From Mobula hypostoma (taxonomy: Eukaryota), in NCBI RefSeq assembly GCF_963921235.1, contig NC_086097.1:123258001-123322000 (forward strand): a stretch of 64,000 nucleotides of DNA, read 5' to 3'. The translations under genes were made by a program, and so were the position numbers. How positions within the stretch are numbered: position 1 is the first letter of the stretch; each line of letters starts with the position of its first letter. Below are positions 25,176 through 38,809 of the stretch, piece after piece. The notes under the pieces were generated by a model. The model searched no databases. It was not told where the DNA came from and saw only the letters and a list, made by a program, of their open reading frames with translations.

Positions 25176-26537
25176 TGTGATGGTATTGGGATAGCCATGG
25201 GTACCCTCGCAATAGGGAGGTTATACTGTAACTACCAACTCTTCAAAGACTAGCCCACTTCCCTGTTTATCATCCATGGTGAGTTTAGTTGCGCTACCCA
25301 CCATCTGAGTGGTGGGTCCTGACATGCATTTAAATCCAGACAAAATTCGTAAAACACATTTAAAACTCACAGCGGACTTCTGTCTTTTAAAAGATTTCCA
25401 CACTATAATCAGAATCGGGTTTATAAGCACCGGCAAGTGACGTGAAATTTGTTAACTTAGTAACAGCAGTTCAATATAATACATAAAATTGAAGAAGAAA
25501 AAAAATAATAATTAAGTAAATCTTATTCAGTATACTTTATACAGTACACATATCTTGAATAGATTAAAACTTGTGCAAAAAACAGAAATACTATATATTT
25601 TTTTAAAAGTGAGGTAGTGTCCAAGGGTTCAATGTCCATTTAGCAATCAGATGGCAGAGGGGAAGAAGCTGTTCCTGAATCACTGAGTGTGTGTCTTCAG
25701 GCTTCCGTACCTCCTACCTGATGGTAACAGTGAGAAAAGGGCATGCCCTGGGTGCTGGACGTCCTTAATAATTTGTAATAATTACAAACAATTTCTAAAA
25801 CACAAAGAATTCACAAAACGCAGGTACAACTCCTAGGCTTAAAAAAAAAGACAAACTAGTCATCCGTCGCAGAAATCAAAAGCCAGGGGGATGGATTCTA
25901 GCTCACCCCGAGTTTCTTTCATGCTTCAAGATGTTTCTGGACCATTTCTAATAAGCCTAAACTGTTCTCTAAATTTATACTGCCTTTCTGCCACTTAGGT
26001 GACCACACACAACAGTTTTTCAGATGCCTTTTAACACAAGTGGTCTAAAAAGCTTCTGGAGCCAGAGATCCCATGTGTCCACAAGTAAAGCTGTGTAGCT
26101 GATTCTTTTAGCATACAAACCTTCTAAGTATAAACAGATCAACTATTAATATGCTAAGTAATATTACACATCTGGTCTGCAAGCTTCCTTAACTAAACAA
26201 CTTAGCCAGCATTGTCTTGTTAAAAACAAGCCATATTAAACAAGCCATTGATTTATACTGCATCTCTTCAGCAATGAGAATTGCTGTAGCCTGTAGTCTG
26301 TTCTACAGAAAGTGCTTGTTTGCAAATCTGTCCTCTCAAACTGACTTCTGCCTGCTATTTACATTAAGAACTGAAGGCTAGCTTCTGTTTACGACCAGAA
26401 GCTAAACAAAAAGTATTAGATGAAAGTTTAACTTAATCAAAATATCAGTTTTTATCCTTACATGTGTTTAGAAAGCTGATCTTGGTTAAAAAAAACAAGA
26501 GGCCCCCAGTGATCTTTAACGTTGAATATCTATCACA
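25176..26537. mobile_element. Probable solo LTR containing a nested Rex-type tail (about 25408-25772)
   Basis: TGTGAT...ATCACA termini; imperfect 4-bp TSD caac/aaac; interrupts an otherwise continuous Rex-type 3' UTR. Confidence 0.6.
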
Positions 26538-27814
26538 AAACCAATGTGCAAAAGACAACAAATTGTGTAAATACAAAAAGAAAAAAAATAATATAATAAT
26601 ATATAAATACATAAATATTGAGAGCTTGAGTTGCAGATTCCTTGAAAGTAAGACCACAGGTTGTGGAAACCGTTCAGTGTTGAGGTGAGTAAAGTTATCA
26701 ATGCTGGTTCAAGAGTTTGATGGTTGTAGGGTAATAACTGTTCCTAAACCTTGTGGTATGGGAATCTGATGGCAGCAGCAAGAAGACAACATGGCTGGAT
26801 GATGGGAGCCCTTGAAGCCATATTCAGTCAGATGTTCACTCAGCTGAGTTAATTAAGTCTGCCCACCACACAGGAGAGATGGTGTTTTAGCAATATAGAT
26901 AAAATAATGGAAATTGATATTAATAAGTTGAAAGACTAGGCTAAATTATGGCATATTGATTTTAATATAGATCATTCCCTTTGACCTTAAGAATATTTAC
27001 AAAGGCTGAAAGAGCCATTGATCCAAAAACACCATCATGTACATGCATCATTAAAATCCAATGGCTGTGATGTATTGTAAGGGAATTATGAAACTAATAT
27101 TCAACAAATCTTGAGAAAAAGGGTACCAATTAAATTTACTATCTTCTACGAATAAAAAGTACTTTTGAAATTGTAGAAAATAAAATGAAGTGGGCAGGTA
27201 GAAAAAAATTAAAAAGGATAATGGAAGCATGCCGTTTACATCACAGGCCAGGCAGCATCTATGCAAGGAATAAAGAGTTGATGTTTCGGGCCAAGACCCT
27301 TTAACAGGACTCAGACCCAAAATTTCGACTCATTATTCCTTTTCATAGATGCTGCCTGATCTGCTGAGTTCCTCCCACATTTTGTGTGTATAAATCTGGA
27401 TATCCAGCATTTGAAGAATCTCGTGTTTAAACCATTATGAGGATTAAATATATAGTGGGCTGGAAGACATGCAACAGCATTACATCAGGGGGACAGTGCT
27501 CACTTTTGCCTTTTACATCTTAGGAAGAACATATTGCCTTTGATGAAATGCAGCATTGATTTACTAAGATGATGCATGGATTCCAAGGGTTATTCACAAA
27601 AATAAGTGAGTTTCAACCTAGCATTTAAGAATATTAAGGGAATGATTTATGAATGTTCTCAAGATATTAAGGAGCACTAATATAGTAGATAGAGACAAAC
27701 TGCATCCCTGGCTTAGCAATCAAAACTAGGAAAAGAAGCATTAAAACCTGAGTCAGGTTTTTCAGGAATAAAGTCAAGAATACCTTCCACTTGAAGAAAG
27801 TGGTGTATACAGTA

Positions 27815-28385
27815 CACTCAGTGGCCACTTTATTAGTTGCCTGTTTCTAATAAAGTGGTAACTGGGTGTATGTTCATGGTGTTCTGCTGCTGTTGCCCAT
27901 TCACTTCAAGTGGTCAACATGCTGAGCATTCAGAGACCTCTTCTGCACCCTACTGTTGTAACCTGTGGTTATTTGAGTTACTGTCGCCTTCCTGTCAGCT
28001 TGAAGCATGCCAGCCACTCTCCTCTGATATTTTTCATTAACAAGATATTTTGCCCACATAACTGCTGTTCACTGGGCATTTTTTAAAATTTTTTTTTGCA
28101 CCATTCTCTTTAAACTCCAATAAAAGTTGTGCATGAAAATCCCAAGAGATCATCAGTTTTTGTGATACTCAAAACACCCCATCTGGCACCAACACCATTT
28201 CCACAGTTGAAGTCAATTGCATCACATCTCTTTCCCATTCTGATGTTTGGTCTGAACAACAACTGGACCTCTCGACCACCTCTGCATGCCATTATGCATT
28301 GAGTTGCTGCCACACGATCGGCTGATTAGATATTTGCGATAATAACCAGATGTACAGGTGTACCTAATAAGGTTGCCACTGAGTG
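27815..28385 (-). mobile_element. Non-autonomous Tc1/mariner element
   Basis: TA-flanked TIRs cactcagtggccac / gccactgagtg; MGKRCDAIDFNCG..GAR fragment. Confidence 0.9.
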
Positions 28386-29715
28386 TAGATTATTTTTCCA
28401 TGGACTAGTTAACGGATCTCTTTAGGTGAACGTGAAAAATGAGGTGTCAAAGTGAGAGAGTAAAGTTCCTGTGAATTTCAGCATCCTGTAAGCACTAAAA
28501 TACTTCACTAATTATGGAGTTCTGATGGCACTAAACTTAATGTCGAGGGGATAAGGAAATTAAGCAGAAGATCTCTGAGTAATATATCACCTATGATTCA
28601 TATTGTAGAGATGTTCACACTAATTCCACAGTGGAATGAATTAATTCCTAATGTTCATGCAGTCTTTTTAAACAGTACATTTTAAAAATGAACTACAGAA
28701 AATTAATCTGTGGAAGTTTGATTATGCAGCACAGTGATAAGGATCCTCATTCTTTGACTGATGATTTTCTTCAGGCACTGAGTAATCCGCATAACCCCAC
28801 AGGACATAAGCAAGAATTTAATTGCCACATGAAGAGATAGAACAACTAAAGCACATCACCTGTTAGCCTTCATTAATTTTCATTCAGAAAAAAGAACAGG
28901 AAGAATACTTTCAAAGCAGTACATCCTCAACAAGAGATGCTATTTATGACACAGTCTTGAGGTTGTTTCTGAAGATTGAAGCACGAAGGACAATCGTAAG
29001 TCCAGAAGTTGAAGCCCGACAGCCAGAACCTTGAGTCCCCTGAGGAAGTCAAAGCCCAAGATCTGTGACTCTGCGAGTCCACTGGAGGCAGGAGGCCGTA
29101 GACGGACTATCATGGGATTGATGGATTGTCTATGTGTGTGGACGGGTGGGTGGGAGGGAGGAACAAGGCTTATTTTTGCTGTTGCTTTGTTGCTTACTGG
29201 GCTCTGTTTATTGTGTTCAGTGTTGTTCTGCCGAGCATTGGGGGAATGCTATGCTGAGGCCAGAATGTGTGGCCTCACTTGTGGCCCCAGCATATCTTTA
29301 AGTTATGTAGGTTGTTAAAGCAATCAATGCATTTCAGCGAATGTTTTGATGTAAGTGTGATAAATAAAATGAATCTGAATCCACCAAAAACAAGTAAGAG
29401 AAACAGAAAACACTGCTTATATGAGTCAGTGGGGTTAACACATAAAATTTATATCAGATCTCATTCTCGTGACTATAGCAACCACCCAATACTAATCACT
29501 TACTGCTGGCCTATACTCAGTTTCTGGAGTGGCTACTGTCACTCAGAGGTTGTCAGTGATGGGTTTTATATCAGAAGGTGTCTTGTGTCTGCAAATATTT
29601 AATAGGTATCATTTCACAGATGAGAGCACAGAGAAAAGGAATGAACTAACACCTTCAGACAAATTCTCACTTCTCCTTTCTATAATTTTAAGATATTGCT
29701 CCAATACTAATGGAT

Positions 29716-30170
29716 AAGACCATAAAACATAAGATCACAATTTGGCCATTCAGCCCATCAAGTCTGCTCTATCATCTAACCATGGCTGATTTATTATCCT
29801 TCTCAATCCAACTCTCCTGCCTCCTGCCATAACCTTTGACACCCTTATTAATCAAGAACCTATCGACCTCCAACTTAAATATATTCAATAACTTGGCCTC
29901 AACAGCCGTTTGTAGCAAAGAATTCCACAGGTTGACCATACTCTGACTAAGGAAATTCCTCCTCATCTCTGTTCTAAAGGAACATGCTTCTATTCTGAGG
30001 CTGTGCCCTCGTGCCCTAGACTAATCCACCACAAGAAACATCCTCTCAACATCCACTCCATCTAGGCCTTTCAATGTTCAATAGGTTTCAATGAGATTCA
30101 CCCCCACCGCCAAACTTCTAAACTCCAGCTAAAATAATCTCTGAGCCCTCGAATGCTCCTCATACATTAA
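29716..30170 (-). mobile_element. CR1 LINE 3' fragment
   Basis: MRRNFLSQSMVNLWNSL...VDRFL; taagaccataa tail. Confidence 0.85.
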
Positions 30171-30424
30171 GCTCATTCTCATGTACGTAAAGTTGTAAGG
30201 AGAGATAAGCTCTGTTCACAAAGAGCACAAGTTAATCAGCAGCAGAAACAGAGTCAATGTCAAGAGCGAATCCAGTGTTCCTGTGCAGGTTAATGTCTTC
30301 ACATGTGTGGTCAAGGTCAATTCGCCTTTAGTTGGCTCAGAAACAGAACTAGCTCATTGAAATACATCCCCACCCGCTCATATAATAACAATCTCCATCA
30401 AGCAGGACACAGAATTGACGTTTA

Positions 30425-30937
30425 CACACAGTGGCCACTTTTTTAGGTACCACCTGTACCTAGTAAAGTGGCCACTGAGTGCATGTTCATTGACTTCTGC
30501 TGCTGTAGCCCATCCACTTCAAGCTTCAAAGTGTTGTGCATTCAGGGACGCTCTTCTGCACACCACTGTTAAAACACATGATTATTTGGTCAGCTTGAAC
30601 TAGTCTGACCTTTCTCCTCTGATCTCTCTTATTATCAAGGCATTTTTGCCAACAGAACTACTGCATACCAGATGTTTTTTTTAAACTCTAGAAACCATCA
30701 TGCATGAAAATCCCAGGAGATCAGCAGTTTCTGAGATACTCCATCTGGCACCAATAATAATTCCATGGTCAAAGTCACTTAGATACATTCCTTCCCCATC
30801 CTGATGCTTGGTATGAACAACAACTGAATCTCTTGACCAAGTCTGTGTGTTTTTATGCATTGAATTGCCACATGATTAGCTGATTAGATATTTGCATTAA
30901 TGTTTACAGGTGTACCTAATAAAGTGGCCACTGAGCG
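30425..30937 (-). mobile_element. Non-autonomous Tc1/mariner element
   Basis: TA-flanked TIRs; same internal fragment as the other copies. Confidence 0.9.
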
Positions 30938-33129
30938 TATACACTCAAAATGCTGGAGGAACACAACCTTCTTATTCTCGTTTCTTTCCCGTTCCTTTCC
31001 AATCCTGTTGAAGGCCTGAAACACTGACTGCTTATTCCACCTCATAGATGCTGCCTGACCTGCTGAGTTCCTCAAGCATTTTATGTGCGTTACTCTGGAT
31101 TTCCAGCATCTGCAGAATCTCTTGTGTTAATGATATTTATATATTGCAGTGCACGTTCCTTCACTCAACACTCCTTTGCCTGTTAACTCCTTCATCTCCC
31201 AGCTTTCACACACTGCCTTTGTTTCAGCTAAGGAGAACACACTACTCAAGCACAATGCAATAACCTCACTAACATGCTTCCCTTTCCCTCTCAGGTAAAG
31301 GTGTCACATGAACAGTCGATCGGCAATGGAATGACTGTGGTTGAATTGGCTCAAAGGAGAAAACCTTTGCAATCAATGTGAAATAGAAAGCACTGGTTCA
31401 GGTTGGGCAGAGGCCTGTGAGAAGAGATGGCACTGAGCTGTGATCTCCTCTGAGGTCACAGCTCAGACTTGGCTATTTATTTTAGGGTTTTTGCAACAGG
31501 AAGAGGAACCAGGGGTCAGGTTAGGGTTTATGGACAGGGAAGTGGGGGAATTGGAGGACAGGACAGAATCTAACCCTCCACTCTGTCTTCGAAGGCCAGC
31601 GGGGAGGGTGTGACCGATTTCCAGACAGTAGCAGATCACTTCAGGGTCATACCATCAGCGAGGCTGGAGTTCGAGGCATAGTTTTCGGGGTCCCGTCACT
31701 GGTGAGTGCAGCGTTCAAAGCCTGGAGTTCGGGACCTTATCCAGGGTCCTCATTCGCCATCGTCTGCATGTCCTCGATCTATACTGAGGATCAAATCCTG
31801 AAGGGCAATAAGAGCTCCAGATTGAAACCCAAAGGTCGACTGGAGGTCCAAGGTGAATCCCAAAAGTCAATTAGAAGTCTAGATGCGGAGTCCCGCTGGG
31901 CGGAGCCTGGGTCTGAGAATCCCTATGAGTCCATTAGGGAAGTCAGGACCCAGTGTCTGCGAATCCACAAGACTGCTGCAGGATGAAGACAATCTGTCAC
32001 AGGGATAGAGGACAGTGCATGTGCATGGGGAGGAGAAATGGAGCTTGTTTCACTATTGCCTTGCTGCTTGGTATGTTCTGTTTTGTTGTGTTCTGTGTTG
32101 TTCTGCCGAGCACTGTGGCCATGTTATGCTGGTGGCACTTGCAAGCTGTTCCCTGCGCATCCTTAGGATCTCTTATTTGTAGGCGCAAATGGCACATTTC
32201 ACTGCATGTCCAGATATACCTGTGATAAATAAATCTAAATCTACTTGCGACTAGCCTCAACGGCATGTTCTACTTGCCCCTAATCCTGCAATGCCTTCCG
32301 ATTTACAAGCTGCAGCTTGTAAAATCGTGCAGCTCTTGCCTGCTCTCTCCCCATCCTACAGCCTTACCTGTGTGACTTCCACAAGTCAAGAAACCATATC
32401 TTGCCAACTGAAACCATCTGAGATTACACATAATAAGGACAAAGATAGCAGTCAATGGATGGAATGCGATAGTGCTTTCCCTCTCTCATGAAATACTAAA
32501 AGTCTTTTGTATATTTAGAATGATACCCTGGAATATTTTATTTTGCAGGCTGAATGTGGAATTTCTCAAAAAGTAGACATTTTACTGTGTCTATGATGGA
32601 CCTGTTTTAAAACACCCTTAAACTACTTAAAAAACTGCAATTCTCTGATAATATGTTTATCATTTTAATACATTAAATGGGCGAGAAATGATTCCTTATT
32701 TATATTTACAGATTTCTACTCCTGTATTAAAATAGGGTCAAAATTCCAAGTTCTCTTTAAAGTATGACTAGGTTATAAGGTTTGGCAAGGAACAGCCATC
32801 TTTCGGGTGTTTCGCAGCAATTATGCTGATTTTCTTTTAATTGCTTTTTGTGAGATCTGCTGTGCAGTTTATATCTTTAAGTTTGTTGTTATGCTCTCAG
32901 GATAAATCACATTAAAAACTGAAAACTTTTCCCAGTTGCAGGTTTTTAAACATAATGTGCCTAGTAGACATGAACAATGGTTGAATAAGCTGGAACTTTA
33001 ATTTTCAGAGATAAAAAGAGAAGGTATTCTGTGATTCAAAACTGAAACTGTGCAGTAGGTCAGACAGCCTCCAGACAGCCTCTGTAATAAGAAGCCTTAA
33101 CCTCATGTTTTAGATTGGTAGCCTTTCAC

Positions 33130-33690
33130 TAGAACTGGGAATAGTTGAAGCCTAGTATGTAAACACCAGTGCCCAAGATCGGAAAAGTGGTAAATACAGT
33201 CCAGTGCATCACAGGCAAAGCCCTTCCCACCATTCCACACAACTATGAGAAATGCAGCATCTATCGCCAAAGATCCCCACACCCAGCCCATGCTCCCTTC
33301 TCACTACAACCATCAGGCAGGAGGTACGGGAACCTTATGTCCAACACCATCCAGTTCACAAACAGTTATCATCCTACAGCCACCAGACTCCTGAACCGGC
33401 GTGGATAACTTCACTCAACTCAACTCTGAACTGATTTCACAACCTACAGACTCACTTTCAAGGACTCTACAACTCATGTTCTCACTAGCTATCTATTTGT
33501 TTTTCCAATCTGCACAATCTGTCTTCTATTGCACAGTGGTTGCTTGTCAGTTCTTCCCTATGTATAGATTTTCATAAATTCTATAGTGTTTCTTCATTTT
33601 TGCTATGAATGCCTGTAAGAAAATGAATCACAGGGCAATATATGGTCACATATTGTATATGTACTTTGATAATCCATTTACTTTGACTTT
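33130..33690 (+). mobile_element. Rex1/Babar-like LINE 3' fragment
   Basis: HPAHAPFSLQPSGRRY...NSYHPTATRLLN plus the family 3' UTR. Confidence 0.85.
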
Positions 33691-33859
33691 GATAATGGCA
33701 AGATTCTTGGCAATGTGTAGGAAAAGAGGGATATTGGGATCCACATCAATAGATCTCTCAAAGTTGCCATGCAAGTTGATAGTGTTGTTATGAAGACGTG
33801 TGGTCTGTTCGTCTTCATTCGTTGGAGGATTGAGTTCAAGAGCCGTGATGTAATGTTGC

Positions 33860-34670
33860 TGTCATAAGGTGGTGGCTGGGAACGGACCCAAGTGCAAGAC
33901 ACAGACACTGAAGTACTAGGGACAGGACTAGGATACAAGGGGATGGCAAGGACACGGACAGGAAAACCAGGAACCTGGAACAGGACTGAACAAGAGAGCT
34001 AGGAGCCCGGGCTTGGACTCCGAGCCAGAGACTGGACAAGGACCCAGTACCTGGATCTTGCCTCTGGCTCGGACCCCAGAACTAGGCAAGGACGAGGCTG
34101 GAGTCTTCAGGCTAGAAGCTAGAGGCTAGAGACTTGGCTTGGCTTGGCAAGAGGCTGGAGGCTGGAGACTTGAGGCGAGGCTTGGCAGGCTCATCCTGGA
34201 CAGGGCACGGATCACCACCCGACAGAGGCAAGGGACAGGAAGGGACAGAACCAACCCCAGATAACGGCAAGACAGCCTGGCTTACCTGGGCGGAGGCAAG
34301 GGACAGGAAAGGAGCTAGGTACAGGGTCGCTCCAGGACCAGACAGCAAGACAAGGCAAGGTTACTGGCAAAGCAAGGCGAGACAGAACTTCAGGCGAGGC
34401 GAGAGTTACCGGCAAGACAAGGCAAGGCAAGGCAAGGCTTCAGGCGAGGAAACAGAAGGCAGGGGAAGGGATACAAGGAGTAAGGACAAGAACAATCCAG
34501 CCACCACGCCCTGGTGTCTGGATGTATTTATGCAGCCAGCCCCAACTAGCATCAGCTGACTCAATTAAAGCTCAACAAGACAGAAACAGGGTAGATAGGA
34601 AAACCTAGAGCAAGGGTCGATGGACCGGACCATGAACCGGAATATGGACTTCACGGACCGGACTATGACA
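33860..34670. mobile_element. Solo LTR inserted in a CR1 fragment (about 33690-34825)
   Basis: TGTCATA...TATGACA termini; perfect 5-bp TSD gttgc (33855-33859, 34671-34675); internal short tandem repeats. Confidence 0.85.
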
Positions 34671-34849
34671 GTTGCAAGTCTATAAAACCCTGGTTAGACC
34701 ATGTTGGAAAATTGCAGTCAGTTATGGTCGCTGTATTAAAAGAAGCTAGTAGGAGCTTTAGAGAGGGTGCAGAAGAGATTTACCAGGATGCTGCCTGAAC
34801 TGGAGAGCATGTCTTATGAGGATAGGCTGAGCAAGCTAAGACTTCTATT

Positions 34850-36420
34850 CCCTAGCCTTAATCACATCGTCTTCACCACGGATTTCCAGTCCCCATACAT
34901 TTCTATCACCCATCAGGAAGGCCTTACAGCTCTCCTCTTCTTTCTCAACAAAAGACCCAACAAGTTTCCCTCCATCGCCACCCTCCTCCATCTGGCAGAA
35001 CTAGTCTCACCTTCAACGATTTCTCCTTCAGCTCCTCCCACTTTCTCCGGACTCAAGAGGTAGCCATGGGCACCCACATGGACCCCTGCTATACCTGCCT
35101 TTTCATTGGCTACATAGAACAGTTCATTTTCTAAGCCTTCCATGGTAATGGCTTCCAAGACTTCCTGCACTACAGCTGTCTGGATACAAACTATCTACCT
35201 ACATCTTTTATAAACCTACTGATTCCCACAGCTATCTTGACTGTACTTCTTCCCACCCTGTCTCCTGGAAGAATGCTCTTCCCTTTTCTCAGTTCCTTTT
35301 GTCTTTGCCACATCTGTTCCCAAAATGCAGCTTTCGTTTCCAGGATGTCAGCCTGCTTCAAGGAACAGGGTTTCCCTTCCTCCACCATTGATGCTGCCAT
35401 CACCCGTATCTCCTCTATTTCCTGGACATCTGTTCTCCCCCCATCTTCCCGACCTTGTAACAGGGATAGAGTTCCTCTTGTCCATACCTACCACCGCATG
35501 AGCCTCTGCATCCAACACATCATTATCTGCAACATCCGCCATCTTCAACAGGATCCAATGTTACCTCCCACAACTCTCCGCTTTCCGCAGGGATCACTCC
35601 CTCCAAGATTCCCTTGTCTATTCGTCCCTCCCCAGTAATCTTCCACCTGGCCCATAGCCCTGCAAGTGATCAAAATGCTACACCTGCCCTCTTACCTTCT
35701 CCCTTACCTCCATTCAGGGCCCCAAACAGTCCTTCCAGGTAAGGTAATACTTCACCTGTGAATCTGCAGGAGTCATCAATTGTATCTGGTGCTCACGACG
35801 TGGCCTCCTCTATATTGGTGAGACCTGACGTAAATTGGGGGACCGCTTTGTCGAGCACCTCCATTCCAGCTGCCCAAACTGGGATTCCCAGTGGCCAACC
35901 ATTTTAATTCCCATCCTCATACTCATTCCAACATGTCGGTCCATAACCTCCTGTTTTGCCAAGATGAGGCCACTATCATGGTGGAGGAGCAACCTTTATA
36001 TTCCATCTAGGTAGCCTCTAACCCGATGACATGAAAATTGATTTCTCCTTTCAGAATCTTTCCCACCCCTTTCCCTCTTCTTCTATTCCCCACTCTGGCC
36101 TCTTACACCTTCTTTTCACCTGCCTATCACTTCCTTCTCTTTCTCCTACAGCCCTCTCTCCTCGCCTATAGGGTTCCTTCTTCTCCAGCTCTTTACCTTT
36201 CCCATCCACCTGGCTTCACCCATCAACTTCCAGATTGTCCTCCTTCCTCTCCCCCACCATTTTATTCTGCCACCTTCCCCCTTCCTTTCCAGACCTGAAG
36301 AGGAGCCTTGGCCCGAAATGTCGACTGTTTGCTCATTTTCATAGATGTTGCCTGACCTGCTAAGTTCTTCCAGCTAAGTGTGTTACTCTGGATTTCCAGC
36401 ATCTTCAGAATCTCTTGTGT
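34850..36420 (+). mobile_element. Decayed Penelope-like element (RT, GIY-YIG, 3' tail)
   Basis: TLLHLAELV, VAMGTHM, FKEQGFPSSTIDAA, GLLYIGET remnants; degenerate hammerhead at about 36291-36327. Confidence 0.85.
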
Positions 36421-36529
36421 TTATTAACCCTGCATTCTACTCTCCAATTCATCCATCCAAAGCGAACCACTACACACTTTTTTGGGTTGAACTCCATCTG
36501 CCACTCCTCAGCCCAGCTCTGCATCCTTT

Positions 36530-37455
36530 TGAGGTTGGCACAGTGGCGTAGTGGTTTGAACAACGCTCTATAGCACCAGCAACCCAGGTTCAACTCCCAC
36601 TGCTGGCTGTAAGGAGTTTGTTTGTTCTCTCCGGGACCACGTGGGTTTCCTCCTGCAGTCCAAAGAAATGCTGGTTGTTAGGTTAATTGGTCATCGTAAA
36701 TCGCCCAGTAATTAGGCTAGGATTAAATCGGGGTTTACCGGGCAGCGTGGCTCGAAGGGGTCTATTCTACACTGTAAGGAAACAAGATGCCCTGGTACAA
36801 CCTCCAACAAAACCCTACACTATCCACAACTCCCCCAAGCTTTGTGTCATCTGCAAACTTACTAATCCATCCTCCCACTTCCTCATCCAAGTCATTTATA
36901 AAAATCACAAAGAGCAGAACATCCCTGGTTACTGATCTTCAGGCAGAATACAATCTACCTACTTCCATCCTCCACCTTTCATGGTTACAAACCTCCAGAC
37001 ATAATTCACTCATCTAACTCAAACCACTGCCTTCCACACTCACAAACCTCCAGGTAGAATAAAATCCATCTACTTCCACCCTCCATCTTCCATGGTCACT
37101 AACATCCAGGCAGAACACGCTCCATCGATTTCCACCCTCTGCCTTCCATGCAAGCCAAATCTGAAACCACACAGTCAAGTTTACCTATATCCCATGCTCT
37201 CCTGACTTTCTCGAGGAGTCTACTATGGAGAGCCTTTTAAAATGAGGGCACAGTAGTGTAGCCGTTAGCTCAATAACTTACAGTTCAGGTGACCAGAGTT
37301 TAATTCCTGCCGCTGCCAGTACATTCTCCTCGTGATGACATGGTTTTCCTCCGGCTGCCCCGGTTTCCTCCCACAGTCCAAAGACGTACTGATTGGTAGG
37401 TTAATTGGTCATTGTAAAATTGTCCCATGGCAAGGCTAGGGTTAAATCATGGCAT
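36530..37455 (+). mobile_element. Two tRNA-type SINEs (about 36530-36760 and 37245-37455) nested in minus-strand CR1 remnants
   Basis: ggcacagtggcgtagtggtt A-box-like and ggttcaactccc B-box-like heads followed by the shared core. Confidence 0.7.
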
Positions 37456-38062
37456 GCTAGACGGTTCCATATCTTTTTATGCCTTGTCTATTCAATCGCC
37501 TGCCTAAACGTCTCTTAAACATAATAATTGTACTTTCTCCACCAGGCGGTACCTGCCAGATATCAACCATCCTCTGTATAGAGAACTTAACCCTAAGATC
37601 TCCTTTAAAAGTATTCCCTCTCACCTTCAGATCATACTCTTTTGTTTTTAATGCCTTTACCATGGGGAAAAGATTCTGATTATCCACCCTATGCTGCTGT
37701 CATTTAATATACCTCTTTCCGGTCACCCCTCAGTTCCCCTCACTTCAAAGAAAACAAGCCCGAATTATTATTACACAGAATAGGAGGAAGATCAGAAGAT
37801 AGCTGTTCACAAAATAATGCAGACCCACGAATGATATCAAAAAAGCAGGCACAGGGAAAATGAAAAGGGCACTGCTACCAGTATTTAAAGTTAGGAGCAA
37901 AATATTTATATTTGAGAAATGATTACTATGGGAGGCTATAGTATACTGTATATTTTTGGTACCTAAACAGGTTTATGATATTAAATACAATTTAAATGTC
38001 CAAGTATATTGTGTGCAATTTTGGGCCCTTAATCTAAGAAATTACGTGTTACCATTTGCAAG

Positions 38063-38688
38063 TGTCTTGTACCCCGTGACGGGTTAAAGAACCAGCAGAA
38101 ATGGAAAACACTTTGGAGCCCAGTATTGCTAAAAAATTCAGTTCAGTTCATGGTATTGAGTTGAGTAGTGATGGACAGAGAGAGGGAGAGATTTGAGTCT
38201 TCAGGTGAGCTGACACCGTCGATCTTCCCGTTGTCCTCTAGTTCCTTTAGAAGTCACCGACTATGAACAAAGGGGACCATTATTCTGTAGAGGAATTATC
38301 AACCCAGGTGAGGGTTAGCCACACAAATAACTCCCCACTGGTCATACCCCTTTTCACACTGCGAGAGCCACTGATCGATCCTCCAAAAACCTACCTTTTC
38401 TGTGGGCACAACAAAGCTCATTCAGCGTCCAAAACCATGTGTCTGAGGTCTATCATCTGACCTTCTATTTACCTCCCCATGCTGAATACCAACTGTCTCT
38501 CAAACAGCTCCTCCCTTCCCTCTCGTAAGAATTTCCAAGCAGGCGGAGTCGTTGTAGGAAGTATAAACATGCTGTGAGCAGTCTTCATCTCTCTCTCTCT
38601 TTTTAACAAGGTGTTTGTGTTGGGCACCTCTCTCTCTCTCTCTTTTCAAAAGTACAGTTCATAGGGGTAATTCAGGAACCCCATCACA
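38063..38688 (-). repeat. 3' LTR (internally deleted relative to the 5' LTR)
   Basis: Direct repeat of 42842-43647; preceded on the minus strand by PPT gaaggaaggggg (38689-38700). Confidence 0.9.
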
Positions 38689-38809
38689 CCCCCTTCCTTC
38701 AAAAAAAATTTTGACGAAGGCAAAATTTTTGTTTAACTGGAAATTTCAGAGTTTGAAACAATACATGTATAATCATCAGATGACAGAGCAAAAACGTGTA
38801 CAATTTCTA

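Noticed and set aside
29497..29600. Minus-strand AG...GTAAGT-bounded segment
   Set aside because: Stop codons in all three frames
32536..32600. + strand acceptor ttttattttgcag followed by a short frame
   Set aside because: Too short, with no recognisable homology or upstream exon
34112..34559. ORFs up to 141 aa with repeated motifs, superficially array-like
   Set aside because: Inside a solo LTR made of short tandem repeats; no constant repeat and unique spacer structure, so not CRISPR
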